A DNA stretch of 64,000 nucleotides from Anaerolineales bacterium (GCA_021463845.1 JAJTXV010000001.1:646174-710173), one strand, 5' to 3'; positions 26,488-36,707 are shown, counted from the stretch's first letter. Made by a program: numbers and translations. The notes: generated from the letters alone by a model not told the origin.

Positions 26488-28078
26488 GCAACAAGAGTAC
26501 GACGCGATCGTGATCGGTGGCGGGCACAACGGGCTGGTCAACGCCGCCTACCTGGCCCGCGCCGGCCTGAAGACGCTGGTGCTGGAGCAGCGCCATGTGT
26601 TGGGCGGCGCCACGGTGAGCGAGGAGATCTACCCGGGCTTCAAGTTCAGCGTGTTCTCGTACGTGGTCAGCCTGATGCGGCCTGAGATCATCCGCGAGCT
26701 GGAACTGGTGCGCCACGGGCTCACCATCCTGCCACTGGAATCGACTATCACCCCCCTGCCCGACGGGCGTTACATCTACCGCGGCCCCGACTCGGCGGCC
26801 ACCTTCCGCAACATCAGCCAGTTCTCGACGCGCGACGCCGAGGCGTACCGCGAATACAGCTACGCCATGTATCACATGGCCAAGGCGGTCAAGTACATCC
26901 TAAGCATCCGCCCGCCCGACCCGACATCGTTCGATCCGCGTGAGCTGCTGGCTTTGCTCAAGCTGGGCAAGCACTTTCTCAGTCTGGGCGAGGAGAACAT
27001 CTACACTCTGGCCAAGCTGATGACGATGAGCTCGGCTGATTTTCTGGAGGAGTGGTTCGAGACCGACCCGCTCATAGCCACCCTCTCAGCCAGCGGCATC
27101 ATCGGCACCTTCCTCGGCCCGCGCTCGCCCGGCAGCGCGTATGTGCTGCTGCACCACTACATGGGCGAGATCGATGGCGTGTTCCGCGCCTGGGGCTTTG
27201 CCCGCGGCGGCACTGGCGGCGTGGCCGAAGCCATCGCCAGCTCGGCGCGTGCGCTGGGCGCCGAGCTGCGCACCGAAGCGCGCGTGGCGCATGTCATCAC
27301 CCGCAACGGCCGCGCCGTGGGCGTGGCGCTGGAGAACGGCGACGAGATCTACGCCAAGCGCATCATCTCCAGCCTCGACCCCAAGCTGACCTTCCTGAAA
27401 TTGGTTGACCGCAGCGAACTGCCGGATGATCTGGTAGCCCGCGTGGGCAAATTTGACAGCTACGGCTCCTCTGGCAAGGTCAACCTGGCGTTGGACGGCA
27501 TGCCCGATCTCAGCTGCCTGCCCGGTTACGGCGAGCACATGCGTGGCGCGATATCGATCAGCCCCAGTGTGAATTACATCGAGCGTGCCTACGACGAAGC
27601 CAAGTACGGCCGCTTTGCCAAGAAGCCGTATGTGGACATCATCTTCCCCTCAGCGATCGATCCGGGTATGGCGCCGCCCGGCAAGCACGTCATGTCGTGC
27701 TTCGTGCAGTACGCGCCCTACACGCTGGCCGAGGGCGACTGGAACAGCCAGCGCGAAGCCTTTGGCGATGCGGTGGTGGACACCCTGAGCGAGTACATGC
27801 CCAACTTGAAGAATCTGATCCTGCACCGCCAGGTGCTTTCGCCGTGGGATATTGAGCAGACCATTGGCTTGAGCGGCGGCAACATCTTCCAGGGCGAGTT
27901 GAGCTTGTCGCAGTTGTTCTTCCTACGCCCGGCGCCGGGCTACGCCCAGTACCGCACGCCGATCACCAACTATTACCAGTGCGGCTCCGGAACCCATCCC
28001 GGTGGCGGCATCACCGGCGCCCCTGGACGCTTGGCCGCCATCGAGATCCTCAAAGACGCTGGCAAGGTGCTGCAATGA
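26480..28078 (+). CDS. Phytoene desaturase (CrtI)-family NAD(P)/FAD-dependent oxidoreductase, paralogue 1
   Basis: MAKQQEYDAIVIGGGHNGL..AAYLARAGLKTLVLE.R...GG is a dinucleotide-binding fold, and the C-terminus reads CGSGTHPGGGITGAPG. The ATG overlaps the GcvT-like stop (ATGGCTAA). Confidence 0.8.
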   Translation: MAKQQEYDAIVIGGGHNGLVNAAYLARAGLKTLVLEQRHVLGGATVSEEIYPGFKFSVFSYVVSLMRPEIIRELELVRHGLTILPLESTITPLPDGRYIYRGPDSAATFRNISQFSTRDAEAYREYSYAMYHMAKAVKYILSIRPPDPTSFDPRELLALLKLGKHFLSLGEENIYTLAKLMTMSSADFLEEWFETDPLIATLSASGIIGTFLGPRSPGSAYVLLHHYMGEIDGVFRAWGFARGGTGGVAEAIASSARALGAELRTEARVAHVITRNGRAVGVALENGDEIYAKRIISSLDPKLTFLKLVDRSELPDDLVARVGKFDSYGSSGKVNLALDGMPDLSCLPGYGEHMRGAISISPSVNYIERAYDEAKYGRFAKKPYVDIIFPSAIDPGMAPPGKHVMSCFVQYAPYTLAEGDWNSQREAFGDAVVDTLSEYMPNLKNLILHRQVLSPWDIEQTIGLSGGNIFQGELSLSQLFFLRPAPGYAQYRTPITNYYQCGSGTHPGGGITGAPGRLAAIEILKDAGKVLQ

Positions 28079-29655
28079 ACGCAGCTGCAATGAACGCCAA
28101 CTACGACGCAGTCATCATCGGCGGCGGGCACAACGGCCTGGTCGCCGCGCTCAAGCTGGCCCGCGCCGGGCGCAGCGTGCTGGTGCTGGAGCGCCGCACG
28201 CAGCTGGGCGGCGCCGCCAGCACTGAGGAGCTGATTCCCGGCTTTCGTTTCAACACAGGTGCGCCCAACGCCAACCTGCTGGCCGAGCAAGTTTTTGCCC
28301 TGTTCCGCCAGCACTCGCCAGCCTTCATCATGCCCGCCGTGCGCGCCTTCGCACCGCAGCCAGATGGCACTGGCGTGACCATCTGGCGTGACAGCGAGCG
28401 CACCGCCATGGAACTGGCGCAGCGTTCGGCCAGCGATGCCAAAGCCTACTGGGAGTTCGCTCGCCAGCTCGACCGCTTTGCTGGCGTGCTCTCCAAGATG
28501 GCGCAGCTGCGCCCGCCCAGCCTGACCCAAAACCCGGCCCGTCTGCTTTTTGCTTGGGCGCGCCTGGCATTGCAGGTACGCGGCCTGGGCGGCAAGGACA
28601 TGATGGACTTCATGCGCGTGCTGCCCATGGGCGCCGCCACCTGGTTGAACGAACACTTTGAAAGCGACGCGATCAAGGGCCTATACGCGGCCTATGCCAC
28701 GACCGGAATCATGCAAGGCCCGCGGGCCAGCGGCACCGCCTTCATGCTGCTGTACCAGCACATGGGCGGCGCGCTGCAGCGAGTTGTGCAAGGCGGGGTT
28801 GGCGCGGTGAGCGGGAGCCTGGCCAAAGAAGCCAAACTGGCCGGAGCAGAGATTCGCACCGGCGCCAGCGTGGCGCGCATCCTGACCACAGATGGCCGCG
28901 TGAGCGGCGTGGAACTGGAAGATGGCGAGCGCATCACCGCCCGCCAGGTGCTCTCGAATGCCGACCCGCACACCACTTTCCTGAAACTGCTCGGCCCGGC
29001 CCAGCTGGAGCCGCGGGTCTACCGCCGCTTCCGCAGCCTTAAGCTGCGCGGCAGCAGCGCCAGCGTGCACTTTGCGCTCAGCGGCGCGCCGCAGTTCCTC
29101 GGCGCGGTTGGCCACCAGGACCAACTGCAGGGCGACATCATCATCAGCCCCAGCGCCGATTACGCCGAACAGGCCTATGACGACGCCAAACACGGCCGCC
29201 TCTCGGCCGCGCCGGTGCTGATGGCGCGCATCCCCAGCCTGCTGGACAGTACGCTGGCCCCGGCGCGCAAGCACACCCTCTCCGTCACGGTGCGTTACGC
29301 GCCTTACGCGCTGGCTGAAAGCCACTGGGATGCCGAGCGCGAACGCCTGGGCGACCTGGTGCTCGAAACCCTGGCTGAATACGCGCCCAACCTGCGCACC
29401 TTGGTCGAAGACCGCCGCGTCATCACCCCGCTCGATTACGAACGCGAGTATGGGCTTAGCGGCGGCAGCGAGATGCACGGCCAGATGGGGCTTGACCAGT
29501 TGCTGCTGCAGCGCCCGGTTGCCGGCAACGTAGGCTACCGCCTGGGCGGCCATGCCCCGCGCGGCATATACATTTGCGGCGCGGGCGGCCACCCCGGCGG
29601 CGGGCTCACCGGCCTGCCCGGGCTGCTGGCAGCCGAGCAAGCCCTGAAAGAATAA
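28075..29655 (+). CDS. Phytoene desaturase (CrtI)-family NAD(P)/FAD-dependent oxidoreductase, paralogue 2
   Basis: MNAAAMNANYDAVIIGGGHNGLVAALKLARAGRSVLVLERR..LGG at the N-terminus and CGAGGHPGGGLTGLPG at the C-terminus. Collinear similarity to paralogue 1. ATGA overlap with the upstream stop. Confidence 0.8.
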   Translation: MNAAAMNANYDAVIIGGGHNGLVAALKLARAGRSVLVLERRTQLGGAASTEELIPGFRFNTGAPNANLLAEQVFALFRQHSPAFIMPAVRAFAPQPDGTGVTIWRDSERTAMELAQRSASDAKAYWEFARQLDRFAGVLSKMAQLRPPSLTQNPARLLFAWARLALQVRGLGGKDMMDFMRVLPMGAATWLNEHFESDAIKGLYAAYATTGIMQGPRASGTAFMLLYQHMGGALQRVVQGGVGAVSGSLAKEAKLAGAEIRTGASVARILTTDGRVSGVELEDGERITARQVLSNADPHTTFLKLLGPAQLEPRVYRRFRSLKLRGSSASVHFALSGAPQFLGAVGHQDQLQGDIIISPSADYAEQAYDDAKHGRLSAAPVLMARIPSLLDSTLAPARKHTLSVTVRYAPYALAESHWDAERERLGDLVLETLAEYAPNLRTLVEDRRVITPLDYEREYGLSGGSEMHGQMGLDQLLLQRPVAGNVGYRLGGHAPRGIYICGAGGHPGGGLTGLPGLLAAEQALKE

Positions 29656-30173
29656 TGGCACCCACCCCGATCATCCTGCGCCCCTACAGCGAAGACGACT
29701 TTGAAATTCTGCGGGCCACGCTGGGCGTGGCGGAGATGACCGCCTATCTCGGCGGGCCTGAAAGCGAAGAGAAGTTACGCTCGCGTCACGCCCGCTATGT
29801 TGCATTACCGAACACCGGCCACGACGCCATGTTCGTGATCCTGGCTGGCCCGCAGCAACAGCCCGCTGGCACCGTGGGTTACTGGGAACATGACTACCAG
29901 GGCCAGCCTGCCTGGGAGACTGGCTGGGCGGTGCTGCCCGGCTGGCAGGGCCAGGGCATTGCCACCCAGGCTACGCTAGCCGCCGCGGCGCTGGCCCATG
30001 CGCAGCAGCGCCATCGCTATTTCTTCGCCTACCCGACTGTCGAGAACCTGCCATCCAACGCGGTCTGTCGCAAAGCCGGCTTTGAGCTGCTCGGCACCAG
30101 CGCCTACGAATATCCAAAAGGCAATCCCATCACCAGCAATGTATGGCGGTTGGATCTGCAGGCGCTGCCTTAA
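29655..30173 (+). CDS. GNAT family N-acetyltransferase (RimJ/RimL-like)
   Basis: 172 aa. LRPYSEDDFE.L at the N-terminus, then the acetyl-CoA motif WQGQGIATQA and ENLPSNAVCRKAGFEL. TAATG overlap with the upstream gene. Confidence 0.8.
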   Translation: MAPTPIILRPYSEDDFEILRATLGVAEMTAYLGGPESEEKLRSRHARYVALPNTGHDAMFVILAGPQQQPAGTVGYWEHDYQGQPAWETGWAVLPGWQGQGIATQATLAAAALAHAQQRHRYFFAYPTVENLPSNAVCRKAGFELLGTSAYEYPKGNPITSNVWRLDLQALP

Positions 30174-31630
30174 CGCATACTCATCTGATTTCATCTATAC
30201 TTCCGTTGTACGTGGCAAAGAGCAAGGCATTCCCCTTTATTCCATTTCTTATACTGGCAGTTTCCATCAGCATCGCTCTTGGAGTGTTTGCATGGGCTGG
30301 AACCTATGCACGCATGTGGGCTGACGATTATTGCTATTCAGCGGTGGCGCAAGACCACGAAGTGCTCGATAGTGCGTGGTTCTGGTATCAGAATGGCGGC
30401 AATCGATTCTCCGCGATCCTGGCTGTAGAAGCTAGCGACCGCTTCGGCCCGTACATCGTGGCAGGGCTGCCCAGCTTAGTGCTCTTGGCCTGGGTGCTGG
30501 CAAGCTGGCTACTGCTGCATCAAATTGCCAAACGCGTTTTTGTCGCCGCCAATGGATTATGGAGCTTACTGGGCGGATTGACTTTGGTGTTCTTTAGCGT
30601 GCTCATGTTTCCCAGTCTGCAAGAGTCGCTGTACTGGCGCATGGGCATGCTGCACTACACGTTGCCGCTTTTGCTTTTTACGCTGTTTGCTGGGCTGCTG
30701 ATTCTGCTCTGGCCACATCTCCGTTCCAGTAACAATCTCCGCTGGGTAACCGCTCTCACCCTGGCGCCCATCGCTTTCCTGGCGGCCGGGTTCTCAGAAA
30801 CATACGCTGCCTTCCAGGCCAGTGCGCTTGGCCTAGCGATCCTGCTCAGCGTTTGGCAGCGCAGAGGTGCGTTAGCGGCAATATTGCTCCCCGGGCTGAT
30901 CGGAACACTTGCGGCGATCGTGCTCATGGCCCTGTCGCCTTCCAATGAATGGCGGCAGGAACTGATGCCGCCGCCCAGCAGCCTGCTTGAACTCATACTC
31001 TTTACGCTGCGTTTCACGGTTGATTTCTACATTGCCACACTAAGCTCCCTGCCGGTGCCCAGCGCAGTCTTTAGTGTCACCAGCCTTAGCCTGGGCGCGA
31101 TTGCTTACACCCAGCTGCGCCATACGCCCAAGCCTCGCGAACTGGCAGCCTGGATGCTGCTTGGCTTCGCTGCCGGCTTCGTTCTTGTTGCCGCCGCGAT
31201 CGCGCCCAGCGCCTATGCAGGTTTGCAGTACCCAGCCGAACGGGCTCTCTCCGTAGCGCTCTATGGTCTGCTGCTGGGATTAGGCAGCGGCATGCTGCTG
31301 GCCGGAAGCCTGCTGCGCTCTGTGCTGCGTCCCGAAGCCAAGCTGTGGCGTATCACAGTTGCACTAACCCTGCTTGCAGCCGCTGTCTATGTTCCAACTA
31401 CCCTGGACTATCCTCTAACAGAGGTACAGGGGTTGCAGCGGCGCGCAGCTCGCTGGGACAACCGTCACGCCTTCATTCTTGAAGCGCACCAGAACGGTGA
31501 GCAAAACATTACTGTGCAGGATGTTGTGATCGTTTCAGGATTGGAAGACCTGCGACGCAATCCACAACACTGGGTCAATTCGTGTGTGGCGCGCTACTAT
31601 GATCTGACCTCAATTGTAGAAACACCCTAA
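30143..31630 (+). CDS. Polytopic membrane protein, GT-C-fold glycosyltransferase-like
   Basis: About 480 aa with more than 10 hydrophobic segments. An acidic motif WADDYCYS follows the first TM. The 5' part is lower in G+C. The start is uncertain because the ORF-track ATG overlaps the GNAT gene by 31 nt. Confidence 0.55.
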   Translation: MAVGSAGAALTHTHLISSILPLYVAKSKAFPFIPFLILAVSISIALGVFAWAGTYARMWADDYCYSAVAQDHEVLDSAWFWYQNGGNRFSAILAVEASDRFGPYIVAGLPSLVLLAWVLASWLLLHQIAKRVFVAANGLWSLLGGLTLVFFSVLMFPSLQESLYWRMGMLHYTLPLLLFTLFAGLLILLWPHLRSSNNLRWVTALTLAPIAFLAAGFSETYAAFQASALGLAILLSVWQRRGALAAILLPGLIGTLAAIVLMALSPSNEWRQELMPPPSSLLELILFTLRFTVDFYIATLSSLPVPSAVFSVTSLSLGAIAYTQLRHTPKPRELAAWMLLGFAAGFVLVAAAIAPSAYAGLQYPAERALSVALYGLLLGLGSGMLLAGSLLRSVLRPEAKLWRITVALTLLAAAVYVPTTLDYPLTEVQGLQRRAARWDNRHAFILEAHQNGEQNITVQDVVIVSGLEDLRRNPQHWVNSCVARYYDLTSIVETP

Positions 31631-31708
31631 ACTAGCACATAAAAAATCCCTAAGCCCATCCAAAACAAAGTCAGCTAGAATGCGGCAATAGACCTAACGG
31701 AGAAACCA

Positions 31709-32578
31709 ATGTCATTCAATGATCGTAAACGACTAGACCCATCACAAGTGCAAGACCGCCGCGAGCGCAGCACAGGCCGCACGGTGTTGGTAGGCGGAGG
31801 TGGGCTGGGTCTTATCCTGCTATTGGTTTCCATGTTCCTGGGCGTTGACCCTTCCGTCTTGCTTGGCGATCCATCCTCAAGCTCGGATGGCTACTATCAG
31901 GACGCCGCCGACCTGGCCTCTGAGTGCCAGACCGGCGCAGACGCCAACCAGCGCGAGGACTGCCAGCTGGTCGGGTATGTGAACAGCATCCAGGCGTTCT
32001 GGGCCAGCGAATTGCCGCAATACGGCATGAACTATGTGCCGGCCCAAACCGTGCTCTTTTCCGGCTCTACGGAAGCCGCCTGCGGTTTCGCTTCCAGCGC
32101 GTCCGGTCCCTTCTACTGCCCGCGCGATCAAATGGTGTATGTGGATCTGTCGTTCTTCGACACGCTGGTCAGCCGCCTGGGCGCACGAGGCGGCCCGTTG
32201 GCGATGGCCTATGTCATTGCTCATGAATATGGGCATCACATCCAGAATCTTTTCGGCGTGCTCAACACCTCTGGCATGATCCGGGACACCGGGCCTGACA
32301 GTGAGATCGTCTTCACGGAGCTGCAGGCCGACTGCCTGGCCGGCATCTGGCTGCACCACGCCACCGAAACCGGCTACATCACCAACCTCACCCGCGAGGA
32401 CATCATCCAGGCGCTCGACGCGGCCGTTTCCGTAGGCGATGACCGCATTCAGCAGCAAACGCAAGGCTACATCGTTCCGGATGCATGGACGCACGGCTCG
32501 TCTGAGCAGCGCCTGGAGGCGCTGCAGGATGGTCTGGCCTCTGGCGACATCGACAGCTGCAACACGCCCGGCTGGTAA
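31709..32578 (+). CDS. Neutral zinc metallopeptidase (YpfJ-like)
   Basis: 289 aa. The N-terminus has a basic stretch, a Gly-rich stretch and a TM (GGGGLGLILLLV). GP.YCP.D..VY.DL.F and AYVIAHEYGHHIQ (HExxH) follow. Confidence 0.82.
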   Translation: MSFNDRKRLDPSQVQDRRERSTGRTVLVGGGGLGLILLLVSMFLGVDPSVLLGDPSSSSDGYYQDAADLASECQTGADANQREDCQLVGYVNSIQAFWASELPQYGMNYVPAQTVLFSGSTEAACGFASSASGPFYCPRDQMVYVDLSFFDTLVSRLGARGGPLAMAYVIAHEYGHHIQNLFGVLNTSGMIRDTGPDSEIVFTELQADCLAGIWLHHATETGYITNLTREDIIQALDAAVSVGDDRIQQQTQGYIVPDAWTHGSSEQRLEALQDGLASGDIDSCNTPGW

Positions 32579-32591
32579 CTCTCTTGAAACA

Positions 32592-32618
32592 AAAAGCCCT
32601 TCTTACGAAGGGCTTTTA
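32592..32618. terminator. Bidirectional terminator between convergent genes
   Basis: AAAAGCCCTTC-TTAC-GAAGGGCTTTT. Confidence 0.8.
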
Positions 32619-32623
32619 TTGTT

Positions 32624-33874
32624 TTAAGTGTCCAGGCTGGCCACCCAGGCGGCGGCGACGAACAGCGCCGCCGCCAAGCCGTACAAAGTCAAATAGCCCA
32701 GCGTGCCGGCTGGGGTGAGCATATTGAGCGGGTCGATCAGCAGGCCGCCCAGCACACGCGCCACCGTGCCGCCGGCCGCGCCAGCAATGCCCGCCAGACC
32801 GATATAGCGCCCTGCCTCCAGCTTGGGCACGATATCGGTCAGTTGGGCAAAGTTGGCCGAGAGATAGGTGCCCGCCCCGCAGCCGATCAGGCCAGCGGCC
32901 AGGGTCAGCCAGTTGAGGTCACGCAAAAACAGCACCAGCAGTGTGCCCAGCGCCGCCATCAGGCAAGCGACGATGACGACGGGCGCGCGGCCATAGCGGT
33001 CCGCCAGGCGGCCGGCGGGCACCGCCACCGCCAATATCGCGCCACCCAGCACGATGGAGAGGCGCGCCAGGTAGCGCTGGGCATCGGCTTCGGGCAGGCC
33101 AACCACATCCACCACGAACAGCAGCAGGAACTGGCTCAGGGTGACAAAGCCGATCCAGAACAGGAAGCGGTTGGCAAACCACCAGCGGAAGGCGCGCTGG
33201 CCGCGCCAATCGAAACGGAAGCTATCAATGTAGGTCTTGAGCAGCGGCTCGCGCACCGGCTCGCCCTGCTCATATGGTTCGTCGCGCATGCCCAGCCAGG
33301 TGAACAGCAGCGCCAGCAGCAGCCCGGCCACCGGCACCGCCATGGCGGCGAAGACCGCCGCATCGCCGAGTTGGGGCTGGCGCGCCAGCAGCTCGCCGGC
33401 GGCCAGGCGGCCCACCAGCACAGCCAGGATCTCGGTCAGCGATTTGAGGCCAGACGCCAGGCCGCGCTGGGTCGCCGGCACGCGGTCGGCGTACAGCGCC
33501 TCCCAGGGGGCGAAGATAATGTTGTCACCAAAGCGCCATAGCAGCACGCCCAGCACGAAGACCCACACCGCCGGCGCCATGCCCACAATGAGCAGCCCTG
33601 CGATCATCAGCGGCACGCCGACGAGGAAGTATGGCAGGCGGCGACCCAGCGGTGAGCGCGTGCGGTCTGACAGCAGGCCCACCAGCGGCCCCATTAGCAG
33701 CACCAGCAGCGAGCCGGCCGCGGTGCTGAAGCCCAGCAGCGTGTTGGGATTGTCAGGGGCCAGCTGCAGTACCTTGTAGCCATACAGCGCCGGGTCGAGC
33801 GTGTTGCTGAACAGGGTCAGCGCAAAACCAAACGATGCGATAGCCAGCAGGCGCAGCAGCGGCAGCGGATTCAT
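32624..33874 (-). CDS. MFS transporter
   Basis: 416 aa with 12 predicted TM segments and a loop motif GLLSDRTRSPLGRR between TM2 and TM3. Confidence 0.85.
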   Translation of the reverse strand: MNPLPLLRLLAIASFGFALTLFSNTLDPALYGYKVLQLAPDNPNTLLGFSTAAGSLLVLLMGPLVGLLSDRTRSPLGRRLPYFLVGVPLMIAGLLIVGMAPAVWVFVLGVLLWRFGDNIIFAPWEALYADRVPATQRGLASGLKSLTEILAVLVGRLAAGELLARQPQLGDAAVFAAMAVPVAGLLLALLFTWLGMRDEPYEQGEPVREPLLKTYIDSFRFDWRGQRAFRWWFANRFLFWIGFVTLSQFLLLFVVDVVGLPEADAQRYLARLSIVLGGAILAVAVPAGRLADRYGRAPVVIVACLMAALGTLLVLFLRDLNWLTLAAGLIGCGAGTYLSANFAQLTDIVPKLEAGRYIGLAGIAGAAGGTVARVLGGLLIDPLNMLTPAGTLGYLTLYGLAAALFVAAAWVASLDT

Positions 33875-33900
33875 GGCGAAGATTGTAAATCTAACTTATC

Positions 33901-33967
33901 CACAGATAAACACAGATGAACACAGATGGAGGCTTCATCCGTGTTTATCTGTGTACATATGTGGACG
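33901..33967. repeat. CAGATAAAC / GTTTATCTG palindromic repeat family, copy 3
   Basis: CACAGATAAACACAGATGAACACAGATGGAGGCTTCATCCGTGTTTATCTGTGTACATATGTGG. Confidence 0.8.
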
Positions 33968-34025
33968 ATCCTGCGGTTAGAATACGCTCACACTACCGGT
34001 CTTTACATTCACAGGAGCATCCCCA

Positions 34026-35156
34026 ATGTCCACATACATTCCTGGCCTGCAAGGCGTCGTTGCCGTGCAGACCAACAAGAGCAAAGTAGATGGCCAGGCC
34101 GGCGAGCTGGTCATCGCAGGTTTCAAGCTGGAAGAGATCGCCAGCCGAGCCAGCTTTGAAGAAATGGTCTATCTGCTGTGGTTCGATAAGTTGCCCAACG
34201 CAGCCGAGCTCAAAGACTTCACCGAATCGCTGGCGCAGTTGCGCGCCCTGCCGGATGCCACGCTAGCGCTGCTGAAAGCCAGCGCCAGCCCCAAGCTGGA
34301 TCTAATGGACGCGCTGCGCATGGCCACCGGCACGCTGGGCCTCGACGCGCCGGAGGCGGACGCCGACGATTGGCTGGCCAAGCGTCTGCTGGCCACCTTC
34401 CCCACCATCGTGGCCGCTGCCTGGCGCCTCTCGCAGGGCAAAGACGCCATCGCTCCGGACCCCAGCCTGGGCCATGCCGCCAACTATCTCTACATGCTGG
34501 AGGGCGCCGCACCCAGCGCCGCCCGCGTGCGCGGGCTGGAAACCTACCTGAACACTGTGATCGATCACGGCTCGAATGCGTCCACCTTCACGGCCCGCGT
34601 GATCATGTCCACGGATACGGATTTCGTCTCGGCCATCGTCGGCGCCATCGGCGCCCTCAAAGGCCCGCTGCACGGCGGCGCACCCGGCCCGGCGCTCGAC
34701 ATGGTGTTCGAAATTGGCAAAGCGGAGAACGCCGAAGGCGTGCTGCGCAAAAAGCTCGACGCGGGCGAGTTGCTGATGGGCTTCGGCCACCGCGTCTACA
34801 AAGTGCGTGATCCGCGCGCCGATGTGCTCTCCAAGGCGGCGCGCGAATTCTACGAAGCCGACGGCGACATGGCGCTGTACAACCTGGTGCAGGACGTGGA
34901 GAAGACCGCCATCCGCCTGCTGGAAGAGTACAAGCCCGGGCGAAATTTACAGACCAACGTGGAGTTCTACACCGCCCTGCTGCTACACGGGCTGGACTTC
35001 CCCATTCCGCTGTTCACGCCCACTTTCGCCGTCAGCCGTGTGGGCGGCTGGCTGGCGCACTGCTTCGAGCAGCGCGCCGAGGGCCGCATCATCCGCCCGC
35101 AGTCTGAGTACACGGGCGTGGATGATCGCAAGTGGGTGTCGGTGGAACAACGGTAA
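34026..35156 (+). CDS. Citrate synthase (small, CitZ/2-methylcitrate synthase type)
   Basis: 376 aa. YIPGL.GV.A..T.I, LHGGA (GPLHGGAPG), GFGHRVYK..DPRA and the C-terminal IRP...Y.G. Confidence 0.92.
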   Translation: MSTYIPGLQGVVAVQTNKSKVDGQAGELVIAGFKLEEIASRASFEEMVYLLWFDKLPNAAELKDFTESLAQLRALPDATLALLKASASPKLDLMDALRMATGTLGLDAPEADADDWLAKRLLATFPTIVAAAWRLSQGKDAIAPDPSLGHAANYLYMLEGAAPSAARVRGLETYLNTVIDHGSNASTFTARVIMSTDTDFVSAIVGAIGALKGPLHGGAPGPALDMVFEIGKAENAEGVLRKKLDAGELLMGFGHRVYKVRDPRADVLSKAAREFYEADGDMALYNLVQDVEKTAIRLLEEYKPGRNLQTNVEFYTALLLHGLDFPIPLFTPTFAVSRVGGWLAHCFEQRAEGRIIRPQSEYTGVDDRKWVSVEQR

Positions 35157-35168
35157 CCACGAGCAACC

Positions 35169-35345
35169 AGATTGCTTCGTCGGCGCAGCAATGCTGCGCC
35201 TTCTCCGAGGGCCGCAAACGGCCCTCGGCTCGCAATGACGGAACGGGCACCCCTCACTCCGTGCGGCTGCGCCGCACACCCTCTCCCTTAGGGAGAGGGG
35301 AAACCACAAGTCACCCCTGGCAGGAAATCCTCGGGGTGAGGGTTG
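35169..35345. repeat. Composite palindromic repeat block
   Basis: AGATTGCTTCG..hairpins (GCGCAGCAATGCTGCGC; GAGGGCCGCAAACGGCCCTC)..CTCGCAATGAC, then CCCTCTCCCTTAGGGAGAGGG and CCTCGGGGTGAGGG motifs. Confidence 0.75.
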
Positions 35346-35375
35346 AAGTTTATAATCACTAATTGCCACACGAAA

Positions 35376-35407
35376 AAGAAAGAGCCGCTTTCAGCGGCTC
35401 TTTCTTT
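35376..35407 (-). terminator. Rho-independent terminator of the DUF2200 gene
   Basis: GAAAGAGCCGCT-TTC-AGCGGCTCTTTC, flanked by A/T runs. Confidence 0.8.
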
Positions 35408-35408
35408 G

Positions 35409-35780
35409 TTACGCACTCACGGGTTGGCGCAATATCTTCTCCATCGCTTTGCCCTTGGCCAGTTCATCCACCAGCTTGTCAAGGTAGCGCATCTCTTTCA
35501 TCAGCGGGTCTTCGATCTCCTCGAGGCGCACGCCGCACACCACGCCGGTGATCAGCTCGCGGGCCGGGTTCATATCCGGCGCTTCGGCGAAGAAGGTCTC
35601 GAAGGTGGTCTCGCGTTTGATCTGCGATTCCATCTGCTTCTTGTTGTAGCCGGTCAGCCAATGAATGATCTTGTCGACCTCAGCCTTGGTGCGGCCCTTC
35701 TTCTCCGCCTTTTGCACGTACATGGGGTACACGCTGGCGAAGGTGATCTTGTAGATCCGCGGGTTGAAGGTTTTGGCCAT
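35409..35780 (-). CDS. DUF2200 domain-containing protein
   Basis: 123 aa. [35 protein letters not shown] matches my memory of the DUF2200 family. Confidence 0.7.
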   Translation of the reverse strand: MAKTFNPRIYKITFASVYPMYVQKAEKKGRTKAEVDKIIHWLTGYNKKQMESQIKRETTFETFFAEAPDMNPARELITGVVCGVRLEEIEDPLMKEMRYLDKLVDELAKGKAMEKILRQPVSA

Positions 35781-35808
35781 GGCTCAGCTCCGTAAGAAAG
35801 ATTCTACC

Positions 35809-36558
35809 TTACCCGCCGAGCAGGCTGCCGATCACATCGCCGGCCACGCCGCCGCTCTTCTTGCCGCCGGAGCGCTTGGCCCCCGCCAGGATGCGGTCGG
35901 CCAGGCGCGAGAGCGGCAGGCTCTGCAAATACACCTTGCCCGGCCCGGTCAGCTGGGCCAGGAACAGGCCCTCGCCGGCGAACAGCGCATTGGTGAAGCC
36001 CTTCATCATCTTGATGTCGTAATCCACGCTGGGCGCAAAGGCCACCAGGCAGCCGGTATCCACCCGCAGGGTTTCGCCGGGGGCCAGGGTCTTCTCGATC
36101 AGCGTGCCGCCGGCGTGCACCCAGGCCATGCCGCTGCCTTCCAGGCGCTGCAGGATGAAGCCTTCGCCGCCGAAGAGGCCCGCACCCAGCCGCCTGGTGA
36201 AAGCGATCTCGATCTCGACGCTGGTGTCCGCACACAGGAACGAATCCTTCTGGCAGATGAACTTGCCGCCCTCGGCGGTCAGGTTGATGGGCAGGATGCT
36301 GCCCGGGTACGGCGCAGCAAAGGCCACATGCGAGACGGCCTGGCTGGTATTGCTAAAGGTTGAGATGAAAAAGCTCTCGCCGGTGAACATACGCTTCAGG
36401 CCCTTGAAGATGCCGCCGACACCGGTCTGCATCTCGACGCCGCTCTCCATGAAGGTCATGGTGCCGGCTTCGCCGCGCACCGCCTCGCCGGGGTCAAGCT
36501 CGATCTCGAGCAGCTGCAGGTCATCACCGTGGATCTTGTACGTAATCTCGTTTGGCAT
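35809..36558 (-). CDS. AIM24/TIGR00266 family protein (DUF124)
   Basis: 249 aa. Y.I.G...Q.L.I.L.PGE.V..E.G.M..M..GV and F..Q..G.G..W..A.G are characteristic. There is a Gly/Lys-rich C-terminus. Confidence 0.75.
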   Translation of the reverse strand: MPNEITYKIHGDDLQLLEIELDPGEAVRGEAGTMTFMESGVEMQTGVGGIFKGLKRMFTGESFFISTFSNTSQAVSHVAFAAPYPGSILPINLTAEGGKFICQKDSFLCADTSVEIEIAFTRRLGAGLFGGEGFILQRLEGSGMAWVHAGGTLIEKTLAPGETLRVDTGCLVAFAPSVDYDIKMMKGFTNALFAGEGLFLAQLTGPGKVYLQSLPLSRLADRILAGAKRSGGKKSGGVAGDVIGSLLGG

Positions 36559-36707
36559 TTTTACTCTCCTACTTCTATAAGGATCACTTCACCGGGGGAG
36601 CGTCTTGGTATTTTGCATCAAGGCGCTTAACCCAAACGCACGGCTGTGCATCCGAGTATATACGCTGGGCCGGGCGGCTGGTTTCAGCAAACACTCATCT
36701 GAAAGGC

